The notes: generated by a model from the sequence alone, not told the origin. DNA of 64,000 nucleotides from Octopus sinensis (GCF_006345805.1 NW_021832541.1:1-64000), one strand, 5' to 3'. Positions 25,723 through 39,510 are shown, counted from the stretch's first letter. A program made the numbers and translations.

Positions 25723-26129
25723 TATATATATATACGTAACAATGTTTTCGCAGCTGTCCTCGTTTAGTTATCAATAAGTAGCTACTCGTACCGAAAAAGA
25801 CATCCACCAAAGACCAACAAAGGATATTTTCAATTAATTTTTAAGTATTCACAATTGTCCGCGTCTATTTATTTTCCATCTCTATTACCGATCGTATGTT
25901 TATAATATGGCCACTCGTGGTTCACTCGTGTACTTCGCCGTGTCTCAACCCTTCAGCTAAAACAATTAGAGTCAATGGACAAGCACGGCGTACCTCACAC
26001 ACACACACACACACCTCCATCTCCCAGCCCATACACAGACACACACACACACACACACGAAATATTCCTTCCTCTCTCTCCCTCTCTCCCAACCATTGAT
26101 CAAACAATTAATTAGTTAATGAGCTAATT

Positions 26130-26244
26130 AGTTACTCCGTTGACTGATAACAACAACAAAAACAAAAACAAAAATAACAACAACAACAACACAACAACAA
26201 TAATAATAATAATAATAATATAATAATAATGATGATGATGATAT

Positions 26245-26288
<44 letters not shown>

Positions 26289-26296
26289 TAATGATA

Positions 26297-26340
<44 letters not shown>

Positions 26341-26455
26341 TAAATAATAATAATAATGAATAATAATAATAATGATAAATAATAATAATAATAATAATAG
26401 TAATAATAATAAATAATAATAATAATAAATAATGATAATGATAATAATAAAGGTA
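26130..26455. repeat. (AAT)n/(AAC)n microsatellite
   Basis: Direct. Confidence 0.95.
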
Positions 26456-26820
26456 GAAATACAGCCAGTACTTTTGTTTACACTGGCAAAATAATCAAGG
26501 TACGAGACTTGTATGCATGCATGTGTGTATGTATATACATACAACATGCAAACACACACACACCACACACATACACACATATAGATACATACATATATAT
26601 ATACATACATGTATACATAATTATATATATCTTTACATACATATATAGATAGATAATCATATATATATATATATATATTATGTATATATACGTATATATA
26701 CACGAACATACACACATATATACATATATTATATATACGTATATATATTTATACATTCATACACACATATATATACATACATATATATTTTATATACATA
26801 TATATCTATGTATGAGTATT

Positions 26821-26860
<40 letters not shown>

Positions 26861-27082
26861 AAATAATAAATAAAACATAAATATGTGAATGTATGTATAC
26901 TCATGTGTGTATGTGTGTGTGTGTGTTTAATTATCGTTATATGATTATTCATAGGGAAAAACACAATACTGAATAAACACTCGACATATCCATGTGACAT
27001 TCGGCTTCCATATTTCTTTACTTTTCATTAGCTTACAACGTTAGGAATCTGTTTCATTTGTTCTACACTTTATACCTGCATC

Positions 27083-27122
<40 letters not shown>

Positions 27123-27173
27123 ATGAGAGAGAAAGAGGGAGGGAAGAAGAGAGGAAGAGGGAGAGAGAGAGAC

Positions 27174-27207
<34 letters not shown>

Positions 27208-27221
27208 TAAACATGTATGTA

Positions 27222-27509
27222 TTTTTTACTTGTTTCAGCCATTAGATTGCGGCCATACTGGTGCACCACTTTGAAGAATTTTTAGTTGAATGAATCGAGA
27301 CTTAGCACGTTTTTTAAAGCCTGGCATTTATTCTATCGGTTTCTTTTGACGAGCCGCTAAGTTACGCAGTGGTGGGGGCCACGGGATTCTTTCAGTTTCC
27401 GTCTACCAAATCCAAGGCTATAGTAGAAGACACTTGCCCGAGGCGCTACGCAGTGGGGCTGAACCCGGAACCATGTGGTTGAGAATCAAACTTCTTACCA
27501 CACAGCCAC
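27222..27509 (-). mobile_element. SINE A, internally deleted
   Basis: Minus strand gtggctgtgtggtaagaag..gggcaagtgtcttctactatag..gaaacaagtaaaa. Confidence 0.8.
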
Positions 27510-27875
27510 CAGCATCAGTGTTACTTGTTCTTGCAGTGCTCTTGAGCACATTGGACACCAAATTGACACAACAGGCTTTTGATGGCTGTAAAAGACTTTC
27601 TCACTTCCCGAGCGTTAAACTACTACATCTTTTGTTGTTTACACACCCGTCTTCGCCTTTTGTTGTAAATTCCAACTATGCATATACATAACGGGAAGGT
27701 TTACGAAAATAAACAAAAGACGAAGGCAGGTGGAGTACAAACAAACAAATGTCTTAGTATGGCGCTCAGGAATAGAAATAGAAAAAGTCTTTTACGTTTC
27801 GAGCCTACGCTCTTCGACAGGAGAGAAACAAGGAGAGAGAAAAATGCGTGTAGGAGCTAACGGTCTATCATGGCG
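27510..27875 (-). mobile_element. Penelope-type pseudo-LTR fragment carrying a hammerhead motif
   Basis: Minus strand ctgtcga-a-gagc-gtag-gctc-gaaacgta; related degenerate copy at 30860-31000. Confidence 0.65.
27789..27824 (-). ncRNA. Minimal type I hammerhead ribozyme motif (core CUGUCGA; stem I disrupted)
   Basis: Stem II GAGC/GCUC, GAAAC, palindromic ACGU stem III, GUA triplet. Confidence 0.55.
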
Positions 27876-27914
27876 TTATACATACGTATATATATATGTA
27901 TATATATATATATA

Positions 27915-27944
27915 TAACCCTAACCCTAACCCTAACCCTAACCC
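27915..27944. repeat. Interstitial (TAACCC)5 telomeric-type repeat
   Basis: Five exact copies directly after (TA)n. Confidence 0.85.
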
Positions 27945-28180
27945 TTCATCCATCACCCTCTTGTACTGTCTTATATTCCTCCCCACCACTACAAACTCAA
28001 TACCACTATAAAATGGTCAAAATTTTTCACACAGGAACTTAGTTTGATTTGAAAACCCCACTAGAATGGGAAAAAGCGCTAATACATGATCTAAGTTATA
28101 TGATGTATAAAAAATGTAATATACAAATAAATATCTGTAAATATAAACCATCCGATTTTCTGAGTACCTCATTTCTCCTA

Positions 28181-28388
28181 ATGTGACCGCGTTTGTACCG
28201 TTGGCGATTTTTTTCCTTTGTCTTCCCTTCTCTGGATCTTTCCTTCTCCGTTGTTTCCGACGAAGAGCTCCGCTCGAAACGTTAAACCCTCCTTCTTTCC
28301 TTCTTTCCTGGGCGTCCAATAATACTATATTTGTTCCACGTCCTCACGTTGTTGTGTTTTTTTTGTGCTTTCTTGTTTGGATTAACTT

Positions 28389-28389
<1 letters not shown>
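28181..28389 (+). mobile_element. Penelope-type pseudo-LTR, copy 1
   Basis: Direct repeat of 28815-28988; contains a hammerhead motif; ends in (TA)n. Confidence 0.7.
28253..28287 (+). ncRNA. Minimal type I hammerhead ribozyme motif (core CCGACGA)
   Basis: Stem I GUUU/AAAC, core 28257-28263, stem II GAGC-UCC-GCUC, GAAA, palindromic ACGU, GUU cleavage triplet. Confidence 0.7.
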
Positions 28390-28420
<31 letters not shown>

Positions 28421-28438
28421 AATATATATATATACATA

Positions 28439-28807
28439 CAGAGTTATTCAAAAGTCGCTATACATAGGAACAATTTATTATTTTATAAGAAACAGTTTAT
28501 AAGGACAGTCTTTTTTAAAAATTCATCAGTCTCTCTATGGTTACCATTGTTTTGAATACACATTGCAATACGTTTACCCAACTCATTGTGATCTCGCAAT
28601 AGCACATCTGGTGATACGTGTGCAAAGGAGTCGGTGATGCGTTCCTTCAAATGATTTAGGTCTTTTATCTTTTCGCGATACACCATGCTTTCAAATGCCC
28701 CCAAAGATAAAAAAATCAAGAAGGGTCAGGTCAGGGGATCTAGGGGTTCTTATAAACTGTTTCTTATAAAATATTTTCCTATGTGTGGAGACTTTTGAAT
28801 CACCCTG
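28439..28807 (-). mobile_element. Internally deleted Tc1/mariner-superfamily element (MITE-like, 369 bp)
   Basis: TIRs cagagttattcaaaagtcgctatacatagg / cagggtgattcaaaagtctccacacatagg, TA on both sides; remnant PRSPDLTLLDFF..MVYREKIKDLNHLKERI. Confidence 0.85.
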
Positions 28808-28814
28808 TATATAT

Positions 28815-28987
28815 ATGTGACCTTGTGTGTACCGTTGGCGATTTTTTTTCCTCTGTCTTCCCTTCTCTGGATCTTTCCTTCTCCTATGTTTCCGACGAAG
28901 AGCTCCTGAGCGTTCAATAATACTATGTTTGTTCCACGTCCTCGCGTTTTGTGTTTTTTTTTTGTGCTTTCTTGTTTGGATTAACTT

Positions 28988-28988
<1 letters not shown>
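28815..28988 (+). mobile_element. Penelope-type pseudo-LTR, copy 2 (3' half of hammerhead deleted)
   Basis: tttccgacgaagagctcc|tgagcgttcaataat versus copy 1; deletion bounded by tcc microhomology. Confidence 0.7.
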
Positions 28989-29018
<30 letters not shown>

Positions 29019-29260
29019 TGGCGAGTAGGAATGTTCGGTTTCCAAGCAATTTTTGCGATAAACTTCCTCAGAACACATTCAAATAACTGTAGGTCTCTCT
29101 CAGTGCAGACATGTTGAGCGCAGAAACTCATATACACAAGCGCGCCTGCGCTCACTGGCCTCCACTCACATACACATAAACATGCTTACTGGTACTCTTA
29201 CACACACACAAATGAATATACATAGATAACAATTATTAAAGCACACACTTATATATATAT

Positions 29261-29307
<47 letters not shown>

Positions 29308-29484
29308 ACAACATTTGTACATAAATATACACATATGTATACATGAGTCACAGGTATATGTTGTATGTGGGGTTATATTTGTAGAAAATAGAAATAAGCG
29401 GTCTTTGACTGCTATTTCTAATTTTTCTGTATGTGGCTAAGCAACCTGTTGCTTGCCCTTTTATATATAATATATTATATATAT

Positions 29485-29527
<43 letters not shown>

Positions 29528-29639
29528 CACACATATATATATACATACAATATATATGTATATATCACATATTTATTTATATATATATATATAATATATA
29601 TATGATATATATAATATATTAATATATATATATCATACA

Positions 29640-29711
<72 letters not shown>

Positions 29712-29914
29712 ACTTTTTTTTTAAAGTTCCTACCGATAATGGTTTTATTTCCATACCGAAATCTACCCGGAAATAATTGTTGGATTTTTTTTTTTTAATT
29801 AATAATTATTTACCCTTATATTATACATACATATAGATATATTTATATATACTCATATACATACATACATCCACGCACATACACACATACACACGATGAG
29901 AATTCTTCACAATC

Positions 29915-30050
29915 TATGTTTACCATATTCGATTCCCAACCAAACCATTTGCCCCCTGCAATCTACGGTGGTAGGCATGTCTAGGTTACCTTGCACTGCG
30001 GTCGAACCTGAAATTCCGAGATTGCAATCTCGAGTCGTCTTAGCAACCAA
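29915..30050 (-). mobile_element. Highly degraded SINE A head
   Basis: Minus strand caggttcgaccgcagtgcaaggtaacctagacatg resembles ggttcagtcccactgcgtggcaccttgggcaagtg. Confidence 0.45.
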
Positions 30051-30284
30051 ATTATGCAGACCAACAGTAACTTAACGCCGTTGCCCGGTTTCGCAAATAC
30101 CTTGATCCAGGGATTATCAAGGATATTTCATTGAGATTATCTGTGGATTTCGACAACAGGCAGCTGCTGCTGTGCTTATCGGTCGAGGTTCTGGCTGGAG
30201 ATATTGGTCTTCCGGAAAATTGGAATGTTTATGGCGTATTGGATTTTTCTTCTTTGAGTAGACTGCAGGATAAGGATCTTACTC

Positions 30285-30677
30285 GCATACATACATACAT
30301 ACATATATATACATACATACATACATACATACATACACACATACATACATATATATACATACGTACATACATACATACATACATACATACATACATACAT
30401 ACATACATACATACATACATACATACATACATACATACATACATACATACATACATACATACATACACACATACATACATACATACATACATACATGCAT
30501 GCATGCATACATATATACATATATACATATATGCAAGCATACGTACATATATACATACGTACGTACATGTATGCATACATACGTACATATGAACATATAT
30601 ATATACATACTTACAAGCATACATACACGTATATACATGCATATATATACAGAATATATTTATGTATGTATGTATGT

Positions 30678-30768
<91 letters not shown>

Positions 30769-30770
30769 TG
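30285..30770. repeat. (CATA)n then (GATA)n microsatellites
   Basis: Direct. Confidence 0.95.
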
Positions 30771-30859
30771 TATATACATACGTATGTACATACACACGTC
30801 TATATATATATTTAGACGGTAGACCATGTTGGATCAATGAGTTCAACACGTTTTTCTTA

Positions 30860-31000
30860 TCCATTCTCTCTCCTTATTTTCTCTTTTTCCTTTCTCTTGA
30901 AGGGTGTAGGCTCGGAGCGTAAAAGGATTTTCCATTTTTCCCGAGTGTCAAAGCAATACACTTGCTTGTTATTCCTACACTTGTCTTTCTTTGAACTAAC
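30860..31000 (+). mobile_element. Degenerate Penelope pseudo-LTR with decayed hammerhead (30890-30925)
   Basis: cttt-ctcttga-agggtgtaggctc-ggagcgta-aaag, homologous to the 27789-27824 motif. Confidence 0.5.
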
Positions 31001-31488
31001 TAACTATATATATATATATAAACATACATGCATCCATCCATCCATCCATCCATCCATCCATACATACATACATACATACACACATGCATACATCCATCCA
31101 TCCATCCATCCATCCATCCATACATACATACATACATACATACATACATACATACATGCAAGGAGAAAGCTAATTCGAAGACTACAGATCCAATCTATCA
31201 CTGGGACTGTAAAAATCTGTAAAACTTTCCGGAAGTTTATCATTTAAATATATATGAGCATGTCTAGATATGCAATTATATGCATGAGAATACATACATA
31301 CATACACACATACATATATATATATCCTGCTTTTGATGTTAAAATTCCAATGAAGGAACCTTGGATCTAGGTTAGAAACCGGTTCTTTTGAAATAAATTG
31401 AATAATGACATACATACATAAATACATTCATACATAAATACATACATGCCTGCATGTATTCAAACATATACATGCTTATATACGTATA

Positions 31489-32756
31489 CAGGGTTGGCAA
31501 GGAAGTAAATTCGGTTTGTTAGTGTGGAATTAAAGGTTTTTTTTCTTCATTCAAAGAATTAATTTTAATCAATTGTATATTTTCCATTTTGTTTGATGAC
31601 CTTTTTGCCATCTTTCTGGCAACTTCATGAATCCATGCTCATAGAACCTCTGGTTCTTATTAGCCAAAAACTGGAGCAAGTGTGATTTCAGGTCATCATC
31701 ATCATTGAAAGTTTTACCATTCAAAGAATTTTGCAAACTTCGAAGGAAATGATAATCTAATGGTGCAAGGTTAGAGCTATATGATGGATGTGACATCACT
31801 TCCCAACCAAGCGCCAATAATTTTTCACGAGTATTCAAAGACATGTGTGCTCTAGCGTTGTCATGGTGGAACACAATTCCTTTGCGATTTGCCAATTTGG
31901 CTGCTTTTCTTTAATTGCTTCCTTTAGTTTCATTAGTTATTGACAGTAAACATCTGAATTGATCGTTTGGTTTATTAGAAGCAGCTCAAAATACACAACA
32001 CCTTTGTAATCCCACCAAATTGAAGAATGACCTTTTTTTGATGCAATTCAACTTTCATTGCGGTTTGTGCTGATTCATTATGCTTGGACCATGATTGTTT
32101 TCGATTGATGTTAGTGCAGACAATCCCTTTTTCATCGCCAGTGATGATTTGTTTCAAAAAAGGTCAATTTCATTGCTTTTGAGATGCATATCGCAAATAT
32201 TGATTCTTTGTAGTAAATTAACGTCTTTCGATTTATGCGGAACCCAAATATAGAGCTTCTTAACGAATCTAAAACATCTTAAGTAATTTCCAGTTGATGT
32301 GTATGATACATTTAACCTCTCTGCACAGTTGTATGACAATCAGATTCAGTTACAGCTTTGATTCAGTCATCAACTTCAGTAGGTCGACCAGAACGTTGGT
32401 CATCTTTGCATGAAAAATCTCTATAACGGAATTCTTCAAACCATTTCTGACATGTGCATTTCTGTTAAGCAATCAACACCATAAACTTCACATATCTCTT
32501 TGTGAGCCTCAGCGGCTTTCTTGCCTTTACGCAAATAAAAAAGCAAAATATGGTGAAAATGCTCGTTTTTATACTCTGTTAAAATTGACACTGAATAACA
32601 GCTGTAAACAAAATTTTGCGCAATTCCCTTCTAAAGTAAGCTAAAAGTAACGGCTATCAAATGTCAAAAGGAAAAAAATTATAACATCGACAAAAGTCAA
32701 TAAAAAAAATCGTAACTATATTTGCGAAAAACGAAATTACTTTCTTGCCAACTCAG
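31489..32756 (-). mobile_element. Full-length mariner transposon (1268 bp), transposase pseudogenised
   Basis: TIRs cagggttggcaaggaagtaaattcggttt / ctgagttggcaagaaagtaatttcgtttt, TA at both ends; EHFHHILLF..WVPHK..ITGDEK..HHDNARAH..PSYSSNLAPLDYHFLRSLQN..KLPERWQK. Confidence 0.93.
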
Positions 32757-32764
32757 TAGATATA

Positions 32765-32846
32765 CATATATACAGACATGATACATGCATATATACAGAC
32801 ATGATACATGCATATATACATATACATACATGTATGAATGCATGCA

Positions 32847-32880
<34 letters not shown>

Positions 32881-33010
32881 CATACATACATACATACATA
32901 CATACATTCATTCATTCATACATACATACATGCATGCATGCATACATACATACATACATACATACATACATACATACATACATACATTCATACATACATA
33001 CATACATACA

Positions 33011-33041
<31 letters not shown>

Positions 33042-33485
33042 CATTCATACATACATACATACATACATACATTCATACATGCATACATACATACATACAT
33101 ACATACATTCATACATACATACATACATAAATACATACATAATACATACATACATACATACATGCATACATACATACATACATACATACATACTACATAC
33201 ATACATACATACATTCATACATACATACATACATACATTCATACATTCATACATACATACATACATACATACATACATACATACATTACATACATACATA
33301 CATTCATACATACATACATAAATACATACATACATAATACATACATACATACATACATGCATACATACATACTACATACATACATACATACATACATACT
33401 ACATACATACATACATACATACATACTACATAATACATACATACATACATACATACATACATACATACATACATACATACATGCA
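32765..33485. repeat. (CATA)n microsatellite (~700 bp)
   Basis: Direct. Confidence 0.95.
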
Positions 33486-34114
33486 CAAAATATAAGTACT
33501 GGGGTCGATTTTTCGACCAGAAGTCCTTCAAGGGGGTGCCGCAGCATGACCGCAGTCTAGTCAATGAAACAAGTAAAAGAGAAAAGATTAAAGACTCTCA
33601 ATTTGAATTTCCCATGCTCAACATATGAAAGCCATTTCAAATGGTGCATCCGCGTTCCCATGTGAATTTCCAGGACCAGACAAATGCACTTCTCCGCGTA
33701 TAGAATGCATAAATGAACATACATAACAAAGAAGAGACACAAACACTCGTATACGGAAGTAGCAAAGAGGCAGAGACACTTGTGTACTGAAGTGGGGTGC
33801 CTATCTACCAAGCGAATACGGGTTTTCCAGCAGCACAAATATGCCTGGCATTTTTAACTTTATCTCAATGGATTTTGGATCTTTGCTCTTTGAACGGCAA
33901 ATCGAGAAATTAAATTTTTTTTTTAACTAAAGACTTTCAAACTTCGGGCACTGGTAGAATGTGTCATATAAAACATCTTTCACTCTTAGAGTTGTGGAGA
34001 AAAGTTTGTATTGTCAAAGTTATTTCGTGTTAAAGTTGTCGTATTTCGGTAATTTCAACCAATCAATGACGTGTATTCAGCTGAATAAAATTACTGCTGT
34101 TGTTTGTGGTGGTG

Positions 34115-34139
34115 ATAGATGGATAGCTAGCTAGCTAGC

Positions 34140-34235
<96 letters not shown>

Positions 34236-34252
34236 TAGATAAGTAGATAGAC

Positions 34253-34314
<62 letters not shown>

Positions 34315-34347
34315 GTAGATAGATAGACAGACAGACAGATAGATAAG

Positions 34348-34427
<80 letters not shown>

Positions 34428-34445
34428 AAGATAGATAGATGGCTA
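34115..34445. repeat. (GATA)n microsatellite
   Basis: Direct. Confidence 0.95.
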
Positions 34446-35552
34446 CCTGGATGGATAGATGGATGGATGGATGGAGGATGGATTGATGGATGGGTGGGTT
34501 GGTGCTTGGGTGTGTGATGGCAAGAGATAGGGGTATTTTTCAGTGAAAGATGATAAATTTGTCTGTGTATAAGTCGTTAGAAATTCAAAAACATAAAATG
34601 CTGCAAATAGACTTTCAGAACACAAGCCTCAAGATTTAGAGTTTTTGCAATGGCGGACAAATACAGCTGTGTGACGAAAACCGAAGCAAGGTGGGGTGCT
34701 AATGGACAGGCAATAAATTTGCAGTGGGCGTAGATGGAGCTGTCCTGCAGACTATATTATTTATTTATCATCTATTTATTTGCAAGAATTCTTAAACTGC
34801 TGTCTGATTTTTAAGTTTTCGACATATTGAAAGAATTTAAAGATCTTAGAATTTTGTATGTACTTTAAGAATTAAGTGCTTATTATAATGATCCACTCGG
34901 TCAAGTAATTTGTCTCGTGTATTTAACAGCTGCATATGTCGTGAAAACATCGTTTGGATATCGTTTATTTTCGTAGATCAACAAATGTACAATTTTGTAC
35001 GCAGAGAAATTGGGAAAGATGGGACCGAGATGAGCGCCCATTGATATTCCATCACCACTCCCAACACACAACTACTGGCAGCTGTCTATTTAAAGTTCTT
35101 CAGTGGCTCCTCTAAATCTCTAAATGACAATCTTGCACTTCATGGGGAATTTTTATTTTTTTTACTTTATTTTATTTATTTATTTGTTTATTTATTTATT
35201 TTATTTTCAGTCGCAGAAAATACATTTCCAGACGCACGAAAACAAGTTTAAAGAAGAAGAAGAAGAAGAAGAAGAAGAAGAAGAAGAAGAAGAAGAAGAA
35301 GGAGGAGGAGGAGGAGGAGGAGGACTACGACGACGACGACGACGACGGCGACACATCATCATCATCGTCGTCGTCGTCGTCGTCATCACATAATTATGAT
35401 CGGGAAATGGTAGAAGAGGAAGAGGAGGAGGAAATGATGATGAAGATGATGCTAATGACGGTCGTGGCATTGGTGGCATTGGTGACGACAACAATGACTG
35501 TGAAGATGGTGATGATGATGAGGAGGAGGAGAATCAGGAGATAATAATGATA

Positions 35553-35585
<33 letters not shown>

Positions 35586-36539
35586 ATGATGATGACAATG
35601 ATGACGATGACGATAATGATGATGATGATGAGGATGAGGAGGAGGAGGAGGAGATAATAATGATAATAATGATGATGACGAGGTTGATGATGACAATGAT
35701 GTGGTGATGGTGGTTGTGATGGTTCGTTTTGACGGCGGCGGTGATGACAATGTCTCTCTCTCTCTCTACATTTGGTCGCCGACAACTCCACTGCCCTAAA
35801 AATAAAAAAAACCCATTCCATCGCTTCATTCAGCCAATGGTTCCAAACCCCTACACCACCAACCCCCACATTCTCCCCCCCCCATCGCCCACACATCCCA
35901 CACATACTGTTACTACACTTCCCTCAACAACAATCGTTTCCACACACACAAACACCCACCCACACATAGACACACCTCAGCTCAATCACACCTTCACCCT
36001 GGACCCAAACACTCAAACACCCACCCACCCAACCCACCGAAACCCGTCTAACCCAAGGCCCCCACTCCGCTCCGCTCCATTCTGCATACCTCAGATAATG
36101 ATGCACCCGCATCATTCTTGCGCCGAGGAACCAACTACATGTTGTCGAGCATTCTTCATCCTGCCCTCGCCGCCATTCTAAAACCCATTCTCCAAGAATT
36201 CTGCCATATTTCGCATTCTTCGAATAACTGCGTGCAGCCATACATAGCACGCGCGCACGCACACACACGCATGTGCACATACACGCACACAAATGCACAT
36301 ACACATGCACTCATGCACATACACAGACACGCATGCAAAAACACACACGCACACGTGCACATACACACACACACGCACACGCACGTACACACACACATGC
36401 ACATACATACTCACGCGCGCACGCACATGCACGAATGCACACACACACATGCAAGCACATACACACACATGCACACATGCACATACACACACACACGCAC
36501 ACATGCATAAATATACACACACACACATGCACATACACG

Positions 36540-37430
36540 CACACATACACGCATATACACACACATACACATACACACACTTGCACACATACACACACAT
36601 GCACATACACACACACTCACACATACACATATGCACATACACACACTTGCACACATACACACACATGCACATACACACACACTCACACATACACATATGC
36701 ACATACACACACTTGCACACATACACACACATGCACATACACACACACTCACACATACACATATGCACATACACACACTTGCACACATACACACACATGC
36801 ACATACACGCACACATACACGCATATACACACACATACACATACACACACTTGCACACATACACACACATGCACATACACGCACACATACACGCATATAC
36901 ACACATATGCACATACACACACTTGCACACATCAACACACATGCACATACACACACACTCACACATACACATATGCACATACACACACTTGCACACATAC
37001 ACACACATGCACATACACACACACTCACACATACACATATGCACATACACACACTTGCACACATACACACACATGCACATACACGCACACATACACGCAT
37101 ATACACACACATACACATACACACACTTGCACACATACACACACATGCACATACACGCACACATACACGCATATACACACATATGCACATACACACACTT
37201 GCACACATACACACACATGCACATACACACACACTCACACATACACATATGCACATACACACACTTGCACACATACACACACATGCACATACACACACAC
37301 TCACACATACACATATGCACATACACACACTTGCACACATACACACACATGCACATACACGCACACATACACGCATATACACACACATACACATACACAC
37401 ACTTGCACACATACACACACACGCACACAC
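36540..37430. repeat. CA-derived minisatellite with 66/72-bp units and a 276-bp higher-order period
   Basis: cttgcacac marker at 13 positions with spacings 66,66,66,72,72,66,66,72,72,66,66,72. Confidence 0.9.
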
Positions 37431-37710
37431 ACACACATGCACACACACATGCCTTTGCCGGTGAAACCATCACACATCACTGCACAGTAGTGCACTCATT
37501 CCTCTGCGTGAGTCTGCGTGTGTGTTGCGCGCGCGCGCGCATGCCTTTGTCATCTGTTGTGAAATGTTCCGCAGCGACACACAGACAGACAGACAGGTAG
37601 ACAGGCAATCAGACGTACAGACGGCGGGAAAGAAGACGAATGTAATGGTATCTTCTTGTAATAGAATTCCTGAAACATATCTGAGGCATTCTTGCAGACA
37701 TGACTCACAC

Positions 37711-37747
<37 letters not shown>

Positions 37748-38402
37748 CTCAACCTTACTCCCTCCTCCCACCAACCCTCGCTCATTCATTCATCCGCTCC
37801 CCTCATCCTTTCACTCATTCAAGCATTCACTTACATCCTTCTCCTCCTCTTTCTTCCTCTTCTCCACCATCATCATCATCATCATCTTCTTCTTCTTTCT
37901 TTTCTTCTTCTTCTTCTTCTTCTTCTTCTTCTTCTTCTTCTTCTTCTTCTTCTTTTCATCCTCCTCTTTCTTTCCCTTCTCCATCATCATCATCATCATC
38001 ATCGGCCTCTTCTTTTCCTCCTCCATCTTCCCCTCCTCTTTCTTCCTCGTCTCCATCATCATCATCGTCGTCTTCTTTTCGTATTTCTTCTTCTTTTTCT
38101 CCCCCTCCTCCTCCCACTATTTCTTCCGCTTCAGCATCATCATCATGGTCTCCTTCCTCTTCTTTTTCTTCTTCTTCTCCTCCTCTTCCTCCTCTAATAA
38201 CGTTATCACATTCAATAACGAGACCACCATCCTGCCAACTACCGCCTAAACCAGAGACACGTTCAACACTGCAATTTATACCACTAATACTACAACCTAA
38301 ACCATAGACACACATACATATACACACATTACTACTACTATACTACTACAACTACTACTTCTACTACTACTACTACTTCTACTACTATTACTACTACTAC
38401 TT

Positions 38403-38436
<34 letters not shown>

Positions 38437-38839
38437 CATCTATATCATGATTACTACAACATAAACTACATACACACCTCCAGCTTCTAAACCATATACA
38501 CTACACTACCATCAATATCACCGCAACTACTGCCTAAACCTTCGCCTGCAATTACATCCAGAGCTGATGTCATCACCACCACCACCACCTACACTACAAC
38601 CTACACCACAACTACAACTGTCACATCACTGCCACTACTACCTACACAACTACACCACCAACACCAACTATACTGGCACCTAAGGCACATCCATAAATAT
38701 AACTGTCTACACCACCACTACCACTACTACCGCATATACTACAACCGGCCTAAATACTATTATCACCACAAGCACTACCACCAAACCAACTCCCGTACCC
38801 GAAAAAGCATGCTTTTATGTCTAATCGATGAGAACACAG

Positions 38840-38840
38840 C

Positions 38841-38914
<74 letters not shown>

Positions 38915-39045
38915 CTGCGGCGGCGGTGGTGGTGGTGCTACAATTATTGCTACTGTTACCACTGCTTACCCTACCAAGCCTACCCTACCACCACCTCCCA
39001 TAGTTGCCACCACATCATAGTAGTGTAGTAGTAGTAGTAGTAGTA

Positions 39046-39078
<33 letters not shown>

Positions 39079-39383
39079 CTGCGGCGGCGGGGTGGTGGTG
39101 CTACAATTATTGCTACTGTTACCACTGCTTACCCTACCACCGCCTCCCCTACCGCCACCACCATCACTAGTTGTAGTTAGTAGTAGTAGTAGTAGTAGTA
39201 GTAGTCTTAGTAGTAGTAGTAGTAGTAGTAATAGTAGTGAAGTAGTAGTAGTAGTAGTAGTAGTAGTGTAGTAGTAAGTAGTAGTAGTAAGTATAGTAGT
39301 AGTATAGTTAGTAGTAGTAGTAGAAGTAGTAGTAGTAGTAGTAGTAAGTAGTAGTAGTAGTAGAAGTAGTAGTAGTAATAGTA

Positions 39384-39459
<76 letters not shown>

Positions 39460-39473
39460 AAGTAGTAGAAGTA

Positions 39474-39510
<37 letters not shown>

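Noticed and set aside
30100-30285. Non-repetitive open frame DPGIIKDISLRL..LQDKDLTR as a host exon
   Set aside because: No recognisable homology or convincing splice sites; runs into (CATA)n.
33900-34110. Possible DNA-transposon remnant
   Set aside because: Looks like dispersed repeat DNA, but no TIR, TSD or second copy in the window supports a call.
36178-37600. 400+ aa His/Thr- and Cys/Val-rich ORFs on both strands
   Set aside because: Arise from the stop-free CA minisatellite with unit lengths divisible by 6.
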